Below are positions 24,027 to 32,000 of a stretch of 32,000 nt of DNA, piece by piece. Positions within the stretch are counted from its first letter, which is position 1. Each line of letters opens with the position of its first letter. Source of the DNA: Horticoccus luteus (GTDB lineage Bacteria; Verrucomicrobiota; Verrucomicrobiia; Opitutales; Opitutaceae). The notes under the pieces were generated by a model. It ran no database searches and had not been told where the DNA came from. It worked only from the letters and a program-made list of their open reading frames with translations. Position numbers and translations under genes: made by a program. The stretch lies in the NCBI RefSeq assembly GCF_019464535.1, contig NZ_CP080507.1:1860001-1892000 (forward strand), in the 5' to 3' direction.

Positions 24027-24575
24027 TCAATCGTTGGGCCAGCACACGCTTTGCGCGACTTCATTTCGCGCGGCGGCTGAAACGAGCTCTTGAACCAGCA
24101 CCAAGCCGAAGTGCGCGGCCGTGCCGGCTCCTCGGGATGTGAGGAGCTTACCATCGACGACCACGGGCTTTCCTATCTCCATAGCAGGCAACTCCTCGCG
24201 CACGGAATCGTGGGCAGTAAACTTGCGGCCCGCGAGCAAGCCGGCGTCGTTGAGAACCGTGGGCGCCGCGCAGATGGCAGCGATCCAGCCTCCGCGCGCG
24301 GCTTGGCGCGTCAGCAACTCGGGGACACGGGCGTCGGCCCGGAACAGTTTTACGCCTGGTCCGCCTGGCAGGAAAACGCAGTCAAAGACCTCTTCACTGA
24401 CCGCGCGCAAGGTGTTATCTGCCAACAATTGGATTCCGTTGCGGCCCATAACCGTCAATGCGTCGCCGAGCGCGGCGAGGGTGACGCGGACGCCGGCACG
24501 GCGGAGAAAATCGATGGGGGTGACTGCTTCAGCTTCTTCGAAGCCCTCCGGAAGGATTGCCAGAACAGTTCTCAT
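24027..24575 (-). CDS. DJ-1/PfpI family protein
   Basis: 182 aa with an ATG start. MRTVLAILPEGFEEAEAVTPIDFLRRAG ... LPGGPG ... IAAICAAPTVL contains the conserved nucleophile-elbow Cys. Confidence 0.9.
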   Translation of the reverse strand: MRTVLAILPEGFEEAEAVTPIDFLRRAGVRVTLAALGDALTVMGRNGIQLLADNTLRAVSEEVFDCVFLPGGPGVKLFRADARVPELLTRQAARGGWIAAICAAPTVLNDAGLLAGRKFTAHDSVREELPAMEIGKPVVVDGKLLTSRGAGTAAHFGLVLVQELVSAAARNEVAQSVCWPND

Positions 24576-24593
24576 GGCGAAAGTGAATCCTCG

Positions 24594-25472
24594 ATGCCGC
24601 GCGGCGCACTTCCAAAATCGCAGGGAAAATCACTCATCATTTTGGGGTGCGGTTATGTCGGGCGGCGTCTGGCGGAGGAGGCGATTGAGGCCGGATGGAG
24701 CGTGGCGGCGTTGACCCGAAATTCTGGCAAAGCCGAGATGCTCCGCGAGATGGGCGTTCAAACGGTGTGCGCCGATCTGGCGGAATCCGGGTGGCACGCG
24801 GCGTTTCCGGGAGCGTTCGACGTCGTGGTGAACAGCGTAAGCTCCGGTCGCGGCGGGGCGGAGCAGCGGCGGCGCAGTTATGTGGAGGGCACGCGTTCCA
24901 TTCTGCGGTGGGCGGAGCGATGCGGGCCGGCGGCGTTGATTCACCTGAGCAGCATTTCGGTTTACCCACAACGCGGCGGCGAATTTGTGGACGAAGAGAC
25001 CAGCACGGCGGGCGTGGGTGAACGTGGTGCTGTTCAACTGGAGGCGGAGGCGCTCGTGCGGGAGGCCGCGGGCGGCAGTGGCCGAGGGAGCATTTTGCGG
25101 CTGGGGGGAATCTACGGCCCGGGGCGCACCGTGTTGTTTGCCAAGATCAAGAGTGGAGAACCGTTGTCGGGAAGACCCGACGAGCACTTGAATTTAATCC
25201 ATCGCGACGACGTGTGCGCGGCGTGTTGGGCGGCCCTTGATGTTTTAGAAAAGGGCGGAGTCGAAACATTCAACGTCGTCGATGATGCGGCGGCGACACG
25301 AGGGGAAATCGCCTCGTGGCTCGCTGCTCAAGCGGGCGTCGCCCCGCCGCGCTTCGATGGGACACCCGGGAACGACCGCATCGTGAGCAATGCCAAGATC
25401 AAACACGCCCTCGGGTGGTCACCGGGGGTTCCCACGTATCGCGAAGGCTACGCGAATTTGTTGTCGCGTTGA
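24594..25472 (+). CDS. NAD(P)-dependent oxidoreductase, SDR/epimerase-dehydratase family
   Basis: The track ORF 24090..25472 is over-extended antisense through the DJ-1 gene. The in-frame ATG at 24594 gives MPRGALPKSQGKSLIILGCGYVGRRLA, placing the Rossmann GxGxxG at the N-terminus. Length is 292 aa. Confidence 0.8.
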   Translation: MPRGALPKSQGKSLIILGCGYVGRRLAEEAIEAGWSVAALTRNSGKAEMLREMGVQTVCADLAESGWHAAFPGAFDVVVNSVSSGRGGAEQRRRSYVEGTRSILRWAERCGPAALIHLSSISVYPQRGGEFVDEETSTAGVGERGAVQLEAEALVREAAGGSGRGSILRLGGIYGPGRTVLFAKIKSGEPLSGRPDEHLNLIHRDDVCAACWAALDVLEKGGVETFNVVDDAAATRGEIASWLAAQAGVAPPRFDGTPGNDRIVSNAKIKHALGWSPGVPTYREGYANLLSR

Positions 25473-25520
25473 GCAAGGCCTCCGCGCTCAACTGACGGTT
25501 TTCCAACCCATTCTTTACCC

Positions 25521-25829
25521 ATGGCCGGTGTAGGCAAACTCCTCAAACAAGCTCAGAAAATGCAGCGCTCGATCGAGACGCTCCAAACCCAGCTCGAAGC
25601 GAAGGAAATCGACGTCACGAGCGGCGGCGGCGCGGTGAAGATCAAGATCAACGGTGCGGGCAAGTTCATGAGTCTCTCACTTGATCCCGAGTTTCTGAAG
25701 GAAGACGCGAAGCTCGTGTCGGATGCCGTGCTTGCGGCAGTGCAGGATGCGGCGAAACAGGCGAAGGAATTCAACGACGCGGAGATGCAGAAAGTGACGT
25801 CGGCATTTCAAATGCCCGGCTTGATGTGA
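25521..25829 (+). CDS. ybaB: YbaB/EbfC family nucleoid-associated protein
   Basis: 102 aa. LLKQAQKMQRSIETLQTQLEAKEIDVTSGGGAVKIKINGAGKFMSLSLDPEF is the family consensus pattern. It lies immediately upstream of recR, the conserved pairing. Confidence 0.95.
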   Translation: MAGVGKLLKQAQKMQRSIETLQTQLEAKEIDVTSGGGAVKIKINGAGKFMSLSLDPEFLKEDAKLVSDAVLAAVQDAAKQAKEFNDAEMQKVTSAFQMPGLM

Positions 25830-25842
25830 GGGCGATCGGTGA

Positions 25843-26439
25843 ATGACGCCGGCCTTTGAACGGCTGCAAAAGCAGCTCAAGCAACTGCCCGGCTTGGGCT
25901 ACCGTTCGGCAGAGCGGATCGCGCTGCATCTTTTGGTCGAAAAACCGGCGGCGCTGGAAGCGCTGGTAGCCTCGCTCCACGAAGCCGCGGGATCGGTGCG
26001 ACGTTGCGCGCGCTGCGGCAATCTCGCCGAGGGCGAGTTGTGCGGCATCTGCGCAGACGAGCGGCGCGATCACGGGGTCGTTTGCGTGGTGGAGCATGTG
26101 CCCGATCTCGTTGCGATCGAGCGAAGCAGTGCGTATCGCGGCGTTTATCATGTTTTGCATGGGAAACTTTCGCCGATTCACGGCGTTGGCCCGGAGCAAC
26201 TCAATGTGGCCTCGCTCGCCGAACGATTGGCGGACGGGAGTTTGCGCGAAATGATTCTGGCGCTCTCCAACGATGTGGAGGGTGAGGCGACCTGCCACTA
26301 TTTGACGGAGCGGCTGGCGGCGGGAAAGCCGCTCCAGATCACGCGCATCGGTTTCGGTATTCCGAGCGGAGGAGGCGTGCTTTACGCAGATTCCGTCACA
26401 TTGAAAAGCGCGCTCGACGCGCGGCGCAGCTATCAGTGA
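25843..26439 (+). CDS. recR: Recombination protein RecR
   Basis: 198 aa. LKQLPGLGYRSAERIALHLL is the HhH motif, CARCGNLAEGELCGIC is the C4 zinc finger, and VVCVVEHVPDLVAIERS is the Toprim region. Confidence 0.95.
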   Translation: MTPAFERLQKQLKQLPGLGYRSAERIALHLLVEKPAALEALVASLHEAAGSVRRCARCGNLAEGELCGICADERRDHGVVCVVEHVPDLVAIERSSAYRGVYHVLHGKLSPIHGVGPEQLNVASLAERLADGSLREMILALSNDVEGEATCHYLTERLAAGKPLQITRIGFGIPSGGGVLYADSVTLKSALDARRSYQ

Positions 26440-26478
26440 GGGAAGGCGAAGCGCCGGCAAGGAAGCCGTCGTCAGTTC

Positions 26479-26552
26479 TGGTGCGGGCGGAGGGAATCGA
26501 ACCCTCCTCTCAAGCTTGGGAAGCTCACATTCTACCGATGAACTACGCCCGC
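26479..26552 (-). tRNA. tRNA-Gly (anticodon CCC), CCA encoded
   Basis: Reverse complement folds by hand as GCGGGCG-TA-GTTC-ATCGGTA-GAAT-G-TGAGC-TTCCCAA-GCTTG-AGAG-GAGGG-TTCGATT-CCCTC-CGCCCGC-A-CCA. Total 74 nt with a 7-bp acceptor stem, a T-loop TTCGATT and anticodon CCC. Confidence 0.9.
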
Positions 26553-26685
26553 GTCACAGAACGCGTTGTGATGTGCGAGAAAGTTTCGGCGAAGACAAGA
26601 CTGCGTTTTACGAATGGTATCGCCTGCGGTGGAGGGCGCCTGGTGGCGGCGTCACGCAGTAATCCTGCATCGCAGCCGAGTCCGT

Positions 26686-28650
26686 TTATGGCGCGGTGGC
26701 GGCGCGCTTTTCTCGCAAGGCTGTGAAACACTCTGCCGCGCTGGCGCTGGCGCGCGCGACAATGCGGGCGTAGATTTCGTCTGGTGAGAGGCCGTAGCTG
26801 GCGCGCAAGAGGTCGGTGCTGGAGCCGTGTTCGACGAACCGATCGGGCCAGCCGATTCGGACGACGTCCGTGGCGCTTCCCGCCTCGTTGAGCGTTTCCA
26901 GCACGGCGCTGCCGAATCCTCCGGCGAGCACGTGATCCTCCATGGTGACGAGGAGAGGAACCTCCGCCGCTTGGCGCAGCAGCAGCGCGCGGTCGAGCGG
27001 CTTGGCGAAGCGGGCGTTCACGACGCCGACGGAAAGGCCTTCGTCGCGTTCGAAGCGTGCAGCTAATTGCAACGCATCCTGCACCATCGGTCCGAGCGCC
27101 CAGATTACGATGTGCGAGCCTTCGCGCAAGACGTCCGCGCGGCCGATCGGGAGCAAACCCGGGGCGGTTTTAATCGGCACGCCCAAGCCGCCGCCGCGAG
27201 GATAACGAATGAAGGCCGGACCCGGGTGGTGCAGGCTCGTGTGCAACATGTCCACGAGTTCATCCTCATGACGCGGCTGCATGACGACGGCGTTGGGCAC
27301 GCAGCGCAGGTAGGAAATATCAAAAAGGCCGTGGTGGGTGGGGCCGTCGTTGGGCGAGAGCCCGGCGCGGTCCATGCAGAACGTCACGGGGAGATTTTGG
27401 AGCGCCACATCGTGGATGATTTGGTCGTAGGCGCGTTGGAGAAAAGTCGAGTAGATCGCGACCACGGGGCGAAAACCCTTTGTCGCCAGTCCGGCGGCAA
27501 AGAGGACGGCGTGCTCCTCGGCAATGCCGACGTCGAAAAATTGTTGCGGCACCGCGGACGCGAGGCGGGAAAGGCCGGTGCCGCTGGGCATGGCGCCCGT
27601 GATGCCCAGCACGCGGGGATCCGCCTGGGCGAAGCGCACCATCGCCTGCCCGAAGACGTCCTGATAATTTGGCGGGGTGCCGGCCGGAGTTTTTTTCGAA
27701 TCGCCCGTGAGCGGATCGAAGGGACTCGCGCCGTGAAAGCGCTCGGGTGACGTGAGGGCCGCCGCGAGGCCTTTGCCTTTTTTCGTCAAAACATGGATGA
27801 GCACCGGCACATCGCACTGTTTCGCGAACTCCAGATTCTTGATCAAAGAGTCGAGATTGTGGCCGTCGACCGGGCCGAGGTAACGCAGGCCAAATTTTTC
27901 GAAGAGTGAGGATTCGACGAAGAAGTCCTTCGTCTCGCGTTTCCACTTGGAGTAAACGCGATTCATCTCCTCGCCACGGGGAAAGCTTTTGAAGAAGCCT
28001 TCAATGTCGTGGTGGATTTTGTTGTAAGTGGGATTGGTGCTGAGGCGGTTCAGATATTTCGCCATCGCGCCGACATTCTTCGCGATCGACCATTCGTTGT
28101 CGTTGAGCACGACGATCAAGCGCTTGGTGGAAGTGACGACGTTGTTTAATGCTTCGAGGGTGATGCCGCAGGTGAACGCAGCGTCGCCACACACTGCGAC
28201 AACGTGTTCACCCGAGCCGCGCAAATCGCGGGCCGTGGCCATGCCGAGAGCGGCGCTCAATGCGGTGCCGGCATGACCGGCGCCAAATGCGTCGTGCGCA
28301 CTCTCGGGGCGGTAGAGAAACCCGCTGGCGCCGCCTGTCTGCCGGAGTTGGCGGAAAAAATCGCCACCGCGCCCGGTGAGGAGTTTGTGCACGTAACCTT
28401 GGTGGGCGACGTCGAAGACAAACTGGTCGTCCGGCGTCTCGAACACGCGGTGCAGCGCCAGGGTCAATTCCACGACGCCGAGATTGGGGCCGACGTGGCC
28501 GCCATTGCGCGCGGTGACGGCGATGACCTCCTCGCGAATTTCCTGCGCCAGGAGGGGCAGTTGAGCCGGCGTCAATGCTTTGACATCAGCGGGGCCGTGG
28601 ATCGTCGGGAGAAGACGCTGCTCCGGGGCAGCGGAAGCCGGTTCATTCAT
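26686..28650 (-). CDS. dxs: 1-deoxy-D-xylulose-5-phosphate synthase
   Basis: The track ORF is extended to 28752. The ATG at 28650..28648 gives MNEPASAAPEQRLLPTIHGPADVKALTPAQLPLLAQEIR... GGHVGPNLGVVELTLALH ... DVAHQGYVHKLLTGR ... GDAAFTCG, all canonical Dxs/TPP motifs. Length is 654 aa. Confidence 0.95.
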   Translation of the reverse strand: MNEPASAAPEQRLLPTIHGPADVKALTPAQLPLLAQEIREEVIAVTARNGGHVGPNLGVVELTLALHRVFETPDDQFVFDVAHQGYVHKLLTGRGGDFFRQLRQTGGASGFLYRPESAHDAFGAGHAGTALSAALGMATARDLRGSGEHVVAVCGDAAFTCGITLEALNNVVTSTKRLIVVLNDNEWSIAKNVGAMAKYLNRLSTNPTYNKIHHDIEGFFKSFPRGEEMNRVYSKWKRETKDFFVESSLFEKFGLRYLGPVDGHNLDSLIKNLEFAKQCDVPVLIHVLTKKGKGLAAALTSPERFHGASPFDPLTGDSKKTPAGTPPNYQDVFGQAMVRFAQADPRVLGITGAMPSGTGLSRLASAVPQQFFDVGIAEEHAVLFAAGLATKGFRPVVAIYSTFLQRAYDQIIHDVALQNLPVTFCMDRAGLSPNDGPTHHGLFDISYLRCVPNAVVMQPRHEDELVDMLHTSLHHPGPAFIRYPRGGGLGVPIKTAPGLLPIGRADVLREGSHIVIWALGPMVQDALQLAARFERDEGLSVGVVNARFAKPLDRALLLRQAAEVPLLVTMEDHVLAGGFGSAVLETLNEAGSATDVVRIGWPDRFVEHGSSTDLLRASYGLSPDEIYARIVARASASAAECFTALREKRAATAP

Positions 28651-28669
28651 TCGCGAAAAGGGTCGGCGC

Positions 28670-28912
28670 TTATTCCGAGCGCTCGATTTCGAGCTTGGCG
28701 AAAATGACGCCATCTTTCTGACGTTTGAGCTGTTCGATCTTGAGCTCGGCATCCTTCAGCCGCTCTTCGCAGACCGTGAGCAACTTGTTGCCTTCCTCGT
28801 AGCGCGCCAGCAAGTCCGCGAGCGGCACATCGCCCGCTTCCATCGACTCGACCACGGCCTCGAGTCGCTCCAAGGCGGTTTCGAATGAAGGCGTTGTGTC
28901 CGGATTTTCCAC
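28670..28912 (-). CDS. xseB: Exodeoxyribonuclease VII small subunit
   Basis: 80 aa with a GTG start at 28912..28910. FETALERLEAVVESMEAGDVPLADLLARYEEGNKLLTVCEERL is the XseB consensus. It lies 19 nt upstream of dxs. Confidence 0.9.
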   Translation of the reverse strand: MENPDTTPSFETALERLEAVVESMEAGDVPLADLLARYEEGNKLLTVCEERLKDAELKIEQLKRQKDGVIFAKLEIERSE

Positions 28913-28995
28913 GGCGTGACGATGGGGCGGGAGTTGGTCATTTCAACTCATCTTTGGACTGGCGCGCAGAGTCAGTTCCGGTGGATTCTCCAAGG

Positions 28996-30243
28996 ATGAC
29001 GTTTGTGCTGTGGATCGCAGTGGCGTTGCTAACATTGCGGCTGCTGGGTGAGCTGTGGCTGGGGGCGCTCAATCGCCGGGAGGTGCGGCGGCATGCGGCG
29101 CGGGCGCCCGCCGCCGTCAGCGCGATCATGGATGATGCAACCTACGCGAAAGCGGTGCGTTACACCTTGGCTCGTTCGAAGTTCAACGCGGTGTCGGAGG
29201 TGTTTGGCACGTGCATCGTCATTCTGGCGCTCGTGTCCGGGGTGCTGCCGTGGCTGTTCATTACGATCACGGGCGCGGGCGCACCGGACGCGGTGTGGTC
29301 TCACGCGGCGTTTATTCTGGCGGCCTTCGCGTTGTTGGCGGTGCCGAGCCTGCCCTTCGACTGGTGGGAGACATTTTCGCTCGAGGCGCGGCACGGGTTT
29401 AATCAGACCACAACCCGCCTCTGGTTGACGGACAAATTAAAGGGCACGCTGCTGACGGTGGTCATCGGGTTTCCGCTACTCTGGCTGCTGCTCTCACTCG
29501 TCCATTGGGTCGGGAGTGCGTGGTGGCTTTGGGGGTTCGCCATTCTGTTCGCCGTGCAATTGCTCATGATGGTGCTGTATCCCAAGCTGATTTTGCCGCT
29601 CTTCAACAAGCTGACGCCGCTGCCGGAAGGCGAATTGAGGACCCGATTGATCGCGCTCGGCGAACGAGCAGGATTTCGCGCCAAGACCATCGAGGTGATC
29701 GACGGGAGCAAGCGCTCCGGCCACTCGAACGCTTACTTTACCGGCTTCGGCCGGTTCCGGCGCATCGTGCTTTTCGACACGTTGATTGCACAGCTCGGCG
29801 CCGCCGAGCTTGAGGCGGTGCTGGCGCACGAAATCGGCCACTACCGTCGCGGACACATTCCAAAAATGATCGCGGTGTCGGCCGTGATGCAGCTCGCCGG
29901 CTTCGCGTTGATCGCGTGGTTGGCACGCAGCCCGTGGTTCGACACCGGCTTCGGATTCCCGGCCGGGGCGCTGGCGCCGGCGTTCCTGCTCTTCGGGCTC
30001 TTGAGCGGCGTGGTGACGTTCTGGTTTTCGCCGATCCTAAACTTTTTCTCGCGCAAACACGAATACGAGGCCGATGCGTTCGCGCGCGAGGCGGTGGGCG
30101 AGGCGGAGAGTATGATCCGCGCGTTACGCAAACTCGCGCAGAAAAACCTGACCAATCTCACGCCGCACCCGTGGTTCAGCGCATTCTTTTACTCGCATCC
30201 TACGCTCGTGGAACGCGAGCAGGCGTTGGAGCGGGCCGGCTGA
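28996..30243 (+). CDS. M48 family zinc metallopeptidase (Ste24/HtpX-like)
   Basis: The in-frame ATG at 28996 gives MTFVLWIAVALLTLRLLGELW, a TM helix. There are multiple TM segments. HEIGHYRRGH is the HExxH motif, with a downstream EYEAD. Length is 415 aa. Confidence 0.85.
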   Translation: MTFVLWIAVALLTLRLLGELWLGALNRREVRRHAARAPAAVSAIMDDATYAKAVRYTLARSKFNAVSEVFGTCIVILALVSGVLPWLFITITGAGAPDAVWSHAAFILAAFALLAVPSLPFDWWETFSLEARHGFNQTTTRLWLTDKLKGTLLTVVIGFPLLWLLLSLVHWVGSAWWLWGFAILFAVQLLMMVLYPKLILPLFNKLTPLPEGELRTRLIALGERAGFRAKTIEVIDGSKRSGHSNAYFTGFGRFRRIVLFDTLIAQLGAAELEAVLAHEIGHYRRGHIPKMIAVSAVMQLAGFALIAWLARSPWFDTGFGFPAGALAPAFLLFGLLSGVVTFWFSPILNFFSRKHEYEADAFAREAVGEAESMIRALRKLAQKNLTNLTPHPWFSAFFYSHPTLVEREQALERAG

Positions 30244-30261
30244 CGATTCAAGGCACGCCCC

Positions 30262-31164
30262 ATGCCGAAATCGAAAGCAATTCGTTGTTGGTTGACCGGG
30301 TTGCTCTTCGCCGTCGTTGCCCGGGCCGAGAGTCTGCGGGTGGCGACGTATAACATCGAAAATTACGGCGTGGCGGATCGCGTTACGCAGGCGGGTTTTC
30401 GCCGCGACTATCCCAAGCCGGAATCGGAAAAGGCGGCTCTGCGGGCGGTCGTGGCGAAGCTCAACGCCGATGTGCTGATTTTGCAGGAGGTCGGACCCAA
30501 ACCTTACCTCGATGAACTGCAGCGTGATCTGGCCAAGGAGGGGTTGCATTATCCGTTCGCGGCGTTGGTGGAGTCTGCGGACGCGGATCGGCATGTGGCG
30601 ATGTTGAGCCGGATTCGACCGACTGCCGTCACACCGCACGTGGACTTGGATTTCAAATATCTGGGCGGTCGAGAGAGAGTGAAGCGGGGCGCGCTTGAAG
30701 TGCATTTTCGCATTAGGCAGACGGATCTCGCGATCTGGGGCGTGCACCTGAAAAGCCGATACACCGACCAACCGGAGGATCCTTCGTCAGAGCAGCGACG
30801 CACGGGCGAAGCGGTGGCGATCCGGGACGCCATCCTCGCCACGAACCCGGATCCGTCACGGGTGAATTTGCTGGTGGCGGGCGACTTCAACGACTTCAAG
30901 GCGAGCCACGCGCTGCGCTTGTTTCAGCGGCGCGGGAAAGCCGCCGTGGCGTCGATATTGCCGGTGGCCGATTCGCGGGGCGAGACGTGGACGCACGCGT
31001 TTCGTCGCGACGACAGCTATTCGCGAGTGGATCACGTGCTGATTTCGGCCGTCTTGGCGAAATTCGTCCGCGGCGGGTCGGGCGTGATTTGTGACGATCC
31101 GGCGACACTGCTGGCCAGCGATCATCGCCCAATCGTCGTGACGCTGGATTTTCCGGACAAATAA
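30262..31164 (+). CDS. Secreted endonuclease/exonuclease/phosphatase (EEP) family protein
   Basis: 300 aa. The N-terminal signal-like sequence is MPKSKAIRCWLTGLLFAVVARA. LRVATYNIENYG, VLILQEV and LLASDHRPIVVTLDF are EEP catalytic motifs. Confidence 0.85.
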   Translation: MPKSKAIRCWLTGLLFAVVARAESLRVATYNIENYGVADRVTQAGFRRDYPKPESEKAALRAVVAKLNADVLILQEVGPKPYLDELQRDLAKEGLHYPFAALVESADADRHVAMLSRIRPTAVTPHVDLDFKYLGGRERVKRGALEVHFRIRQTDLAIWGVHLKSRYTDQPEDPSSEQRRTGEAVAIRDAILATNPDPSRVNLLVAGDFNDFKASHALRLFQRRGKAAVASILPVADSRGETWTHAFRRDDSYSRVDHVLISAVLAKFVRGGSGVICDDPATLLASDHRPIVVTLDFPDK

Positions 31165-31167
31165 AAA

Positions 31168-31188
31168 GGCCGGACGTGAAGTCCGGCC
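31168..31188. terminator. Bidirectional intrinsic-terminator-like hairpin between convergent genes
   Basis: GGCCGGAC-GTGAA-GTCCGGCC is a perfect 8-bp stem. It is preceded by AAAAA at 31163-31167, which becomes a U-tract for the minus-strand transcript. It lies between the EEP stop (31164) and the IPT/TIG stop (31218). Confidence 0.6.
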
Positions 31189-31217
31189 GAAGGAGGCGCA
31201 AGGTTGCTCCTCTGGCG

Positions 31218-32000
31218 TCAGCGCGCCGTGACGCTCACGGGGATCGTGAGTTCACCCCCCGCGTAACCTTTCAGAAAAAGACTGCCGCTGCCGGGCGAGC
31301 CTCCTTGGACGTTGATCGTCACGCTGGTTTGCCCGGCGGGGACGACCACTTCCGGCATGATGACGCTGTCGGGCACGTCGGTCGTGACATCGAGCAGAAG
31401 ACCTCCGGCGGGTGCCGGATTCGGCACGGAAAACGTCAGCGACTGTGTCTCGCCTGAGCGAAGCGACAGCGACGCGGGCGTGACTGTGAGCGACGAAGCA
31501 TCGATGCGAAACGTGCCGACGGGCGAGGTGCCCGCATCGCTGCCGAGCATCACGTGGTAATTGCGCGCGGCGTCGATGGCCGGCACGTAAAAACTCAACG
31601 CGTTGGGCGATTCGTAAACGGTGCGCGCAGGGACGTTGTCGAAATAGATCGTGTCGTTCGGGTTGAAGCCGCGTCCGAGAACGCTGACGCGGGCGCCGAC
31701 GGGGCCGCGGTTGACTTCGAGCGAGAGCACGTAGCGGCGCACGATTTTGGCGTGTTCGAGGGCCGTGTAGGTCTCGGCGGGTTTCGACACATCGGCGTGT
31801 TCGACGGAGTAATTGACGAGAAAGTAGTAAGCGATTTCGTCGCGCCCCGGGGGCAGGTGATACTCGTATTCCCAGAGATTGGCGCCGAGGGCGCTGGCGG
31901 TCATGGCGTGATTCTCGCCATCGATAATGATGTGGGGGGCGACGCTGCCGGGGACGATCGTGCGGATCTTCGGCGTCACGCGCAGCGTGATCGTATAGAT
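31218..32000 (-). CDS. IPT/TIG (Ig-like fold) domain surface protein, C-terminal part (probably continues beyond the right edge)
   Basis: The track start at 31979 is a GTG. The frame stays open upstream to position 32000 (IYTITLR-VTPKIR...). RVSVLGRGFNPNDTIYFDNVPARTVYESPNALSFYVPA resembles an IPT/TIG repeat. The C-terminal Ig-like repeat is LTVTPASLSLRSGETQSLTFSV...VTINVQGG. Confidence 0.6.
   Translation of the reverse strand: MYTITLRVTPKIRTIVPGSVAPHIIIDGENHAMTASALGANLWEYEYHLPPGRDEIAYYFLVNYSVEHADVSKPAETYTALEHAKIVRRYVLSLEVNRGPVGARVSVLGRGFNPNDTIYFDNVPARTVYESPNALSFYVPAIDAARNYHVMLGSDAGTSPVGTFRIDASSLTVTPASLSLRSGETQSLTFSVPNPAPAGGLLLDVTTDVPDSVIMPEVVVPAGQTSVTINVQGGSPGSGSLFLKGYAGGELTIPVSVTAR

Noticed and set aside
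26479-26552. tRNA-Gly as the integration site of a genomic island.
   Set aside because: No integrase, phage or transposase gene is present, and I noticed no direct repeat of the tRNA 3' end. The flanking genes (recR, dxs) are core housekeeping genes. The glycan locus is separated from the tRNA by four unrelated genes.
26554-26571. Small hairpin TCACAG-AACGCG-TTGTGA between the dxs stop and the tRNA 5' end.
   Set aside because: The stem is only 5 bp plus one G-T pair, with no U-tract. I cannot distinguish it from chance.
26436-26726. 96-aa plus-strand ORF spanning the tRNA region.
   Set aside because: It overlaps the tRNA-Gly gene and the 3' end of dxs and has no recognisable motifs. It is an artefact.
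1-32000. CRISPR arrays, IS elements or transposases, prophage genes, toxin-antitoxin pairs, restriction-modification or other defence systems.
   Set aside because: Reading both strands showed no repeat-spacer periodicity. No ORF carried DDE transposase, integrase, nuclease-helicase or methylase-REase signatures. Every long ORF is accounted for by glycan-biosynthesis or housekeeping families.

Overview
High-GC bacterial chromosome segment; hand-counted 60-nt lines mostly give 65-72% GC. Taxon cannot be established from sequence alone, and a Verrucomicrobia/Opitutaceae-like origin is only a weak guess.

Positions 1-23,891 form one very tightly packed, single-strand (minus) glycan assembly locus. 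It contains:
- about 12 glycosyltransferase-type genes: GT2 x5, GT4/GT-B x5 including a fragment at the left edge, GT9 x1, one DUF5672-like, plus one DxD-containing unknown
- 5 SAM-methyltransferases (3 FkbM-type, 2 class I)
- a NodU/CmcH-type carbamoyltransferase
- an AsnB-type glutamine amidotransferase
- an unassigned polytopic membrane protein
- a Wzm/Wzt ABC-2 exporter whose ATPase carries an extra C-terminal domain

Many gene junctions are 4-nt ATGA/GTGA start-stop overlaps.

Positions 24,027-32,000 are ordinary housekeeping genes: DJ-1/PfpI, an SDR-family oxidoreductase, ybaB-recR, tRNA-Gly(CCC), xseB-dxs, an M48 peptidase, a secreted EEP-family nuclease/phosphatase and a partial IPT/TIG surface protein.

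I saw no CRISPR array, transposase, integrase, toxin-antitoxin pair or recognisable defence system.

The most interesting candidate is the glycan locus itself. It points to an ABC-transporter-dependent polysaccharide with unusually heavy decoration (methyl, carbamoyl, amide). It also contains a lower-GC module in which the Wzt C-terminal domain (putative cap reader) is translationally coupled to a methyltransferase (putative cap writer).

Several ORF-track entries are N-terminally over-extended, and some begin at GTG/TTG. I re-derived starts from the nucleotide sequence where possible.
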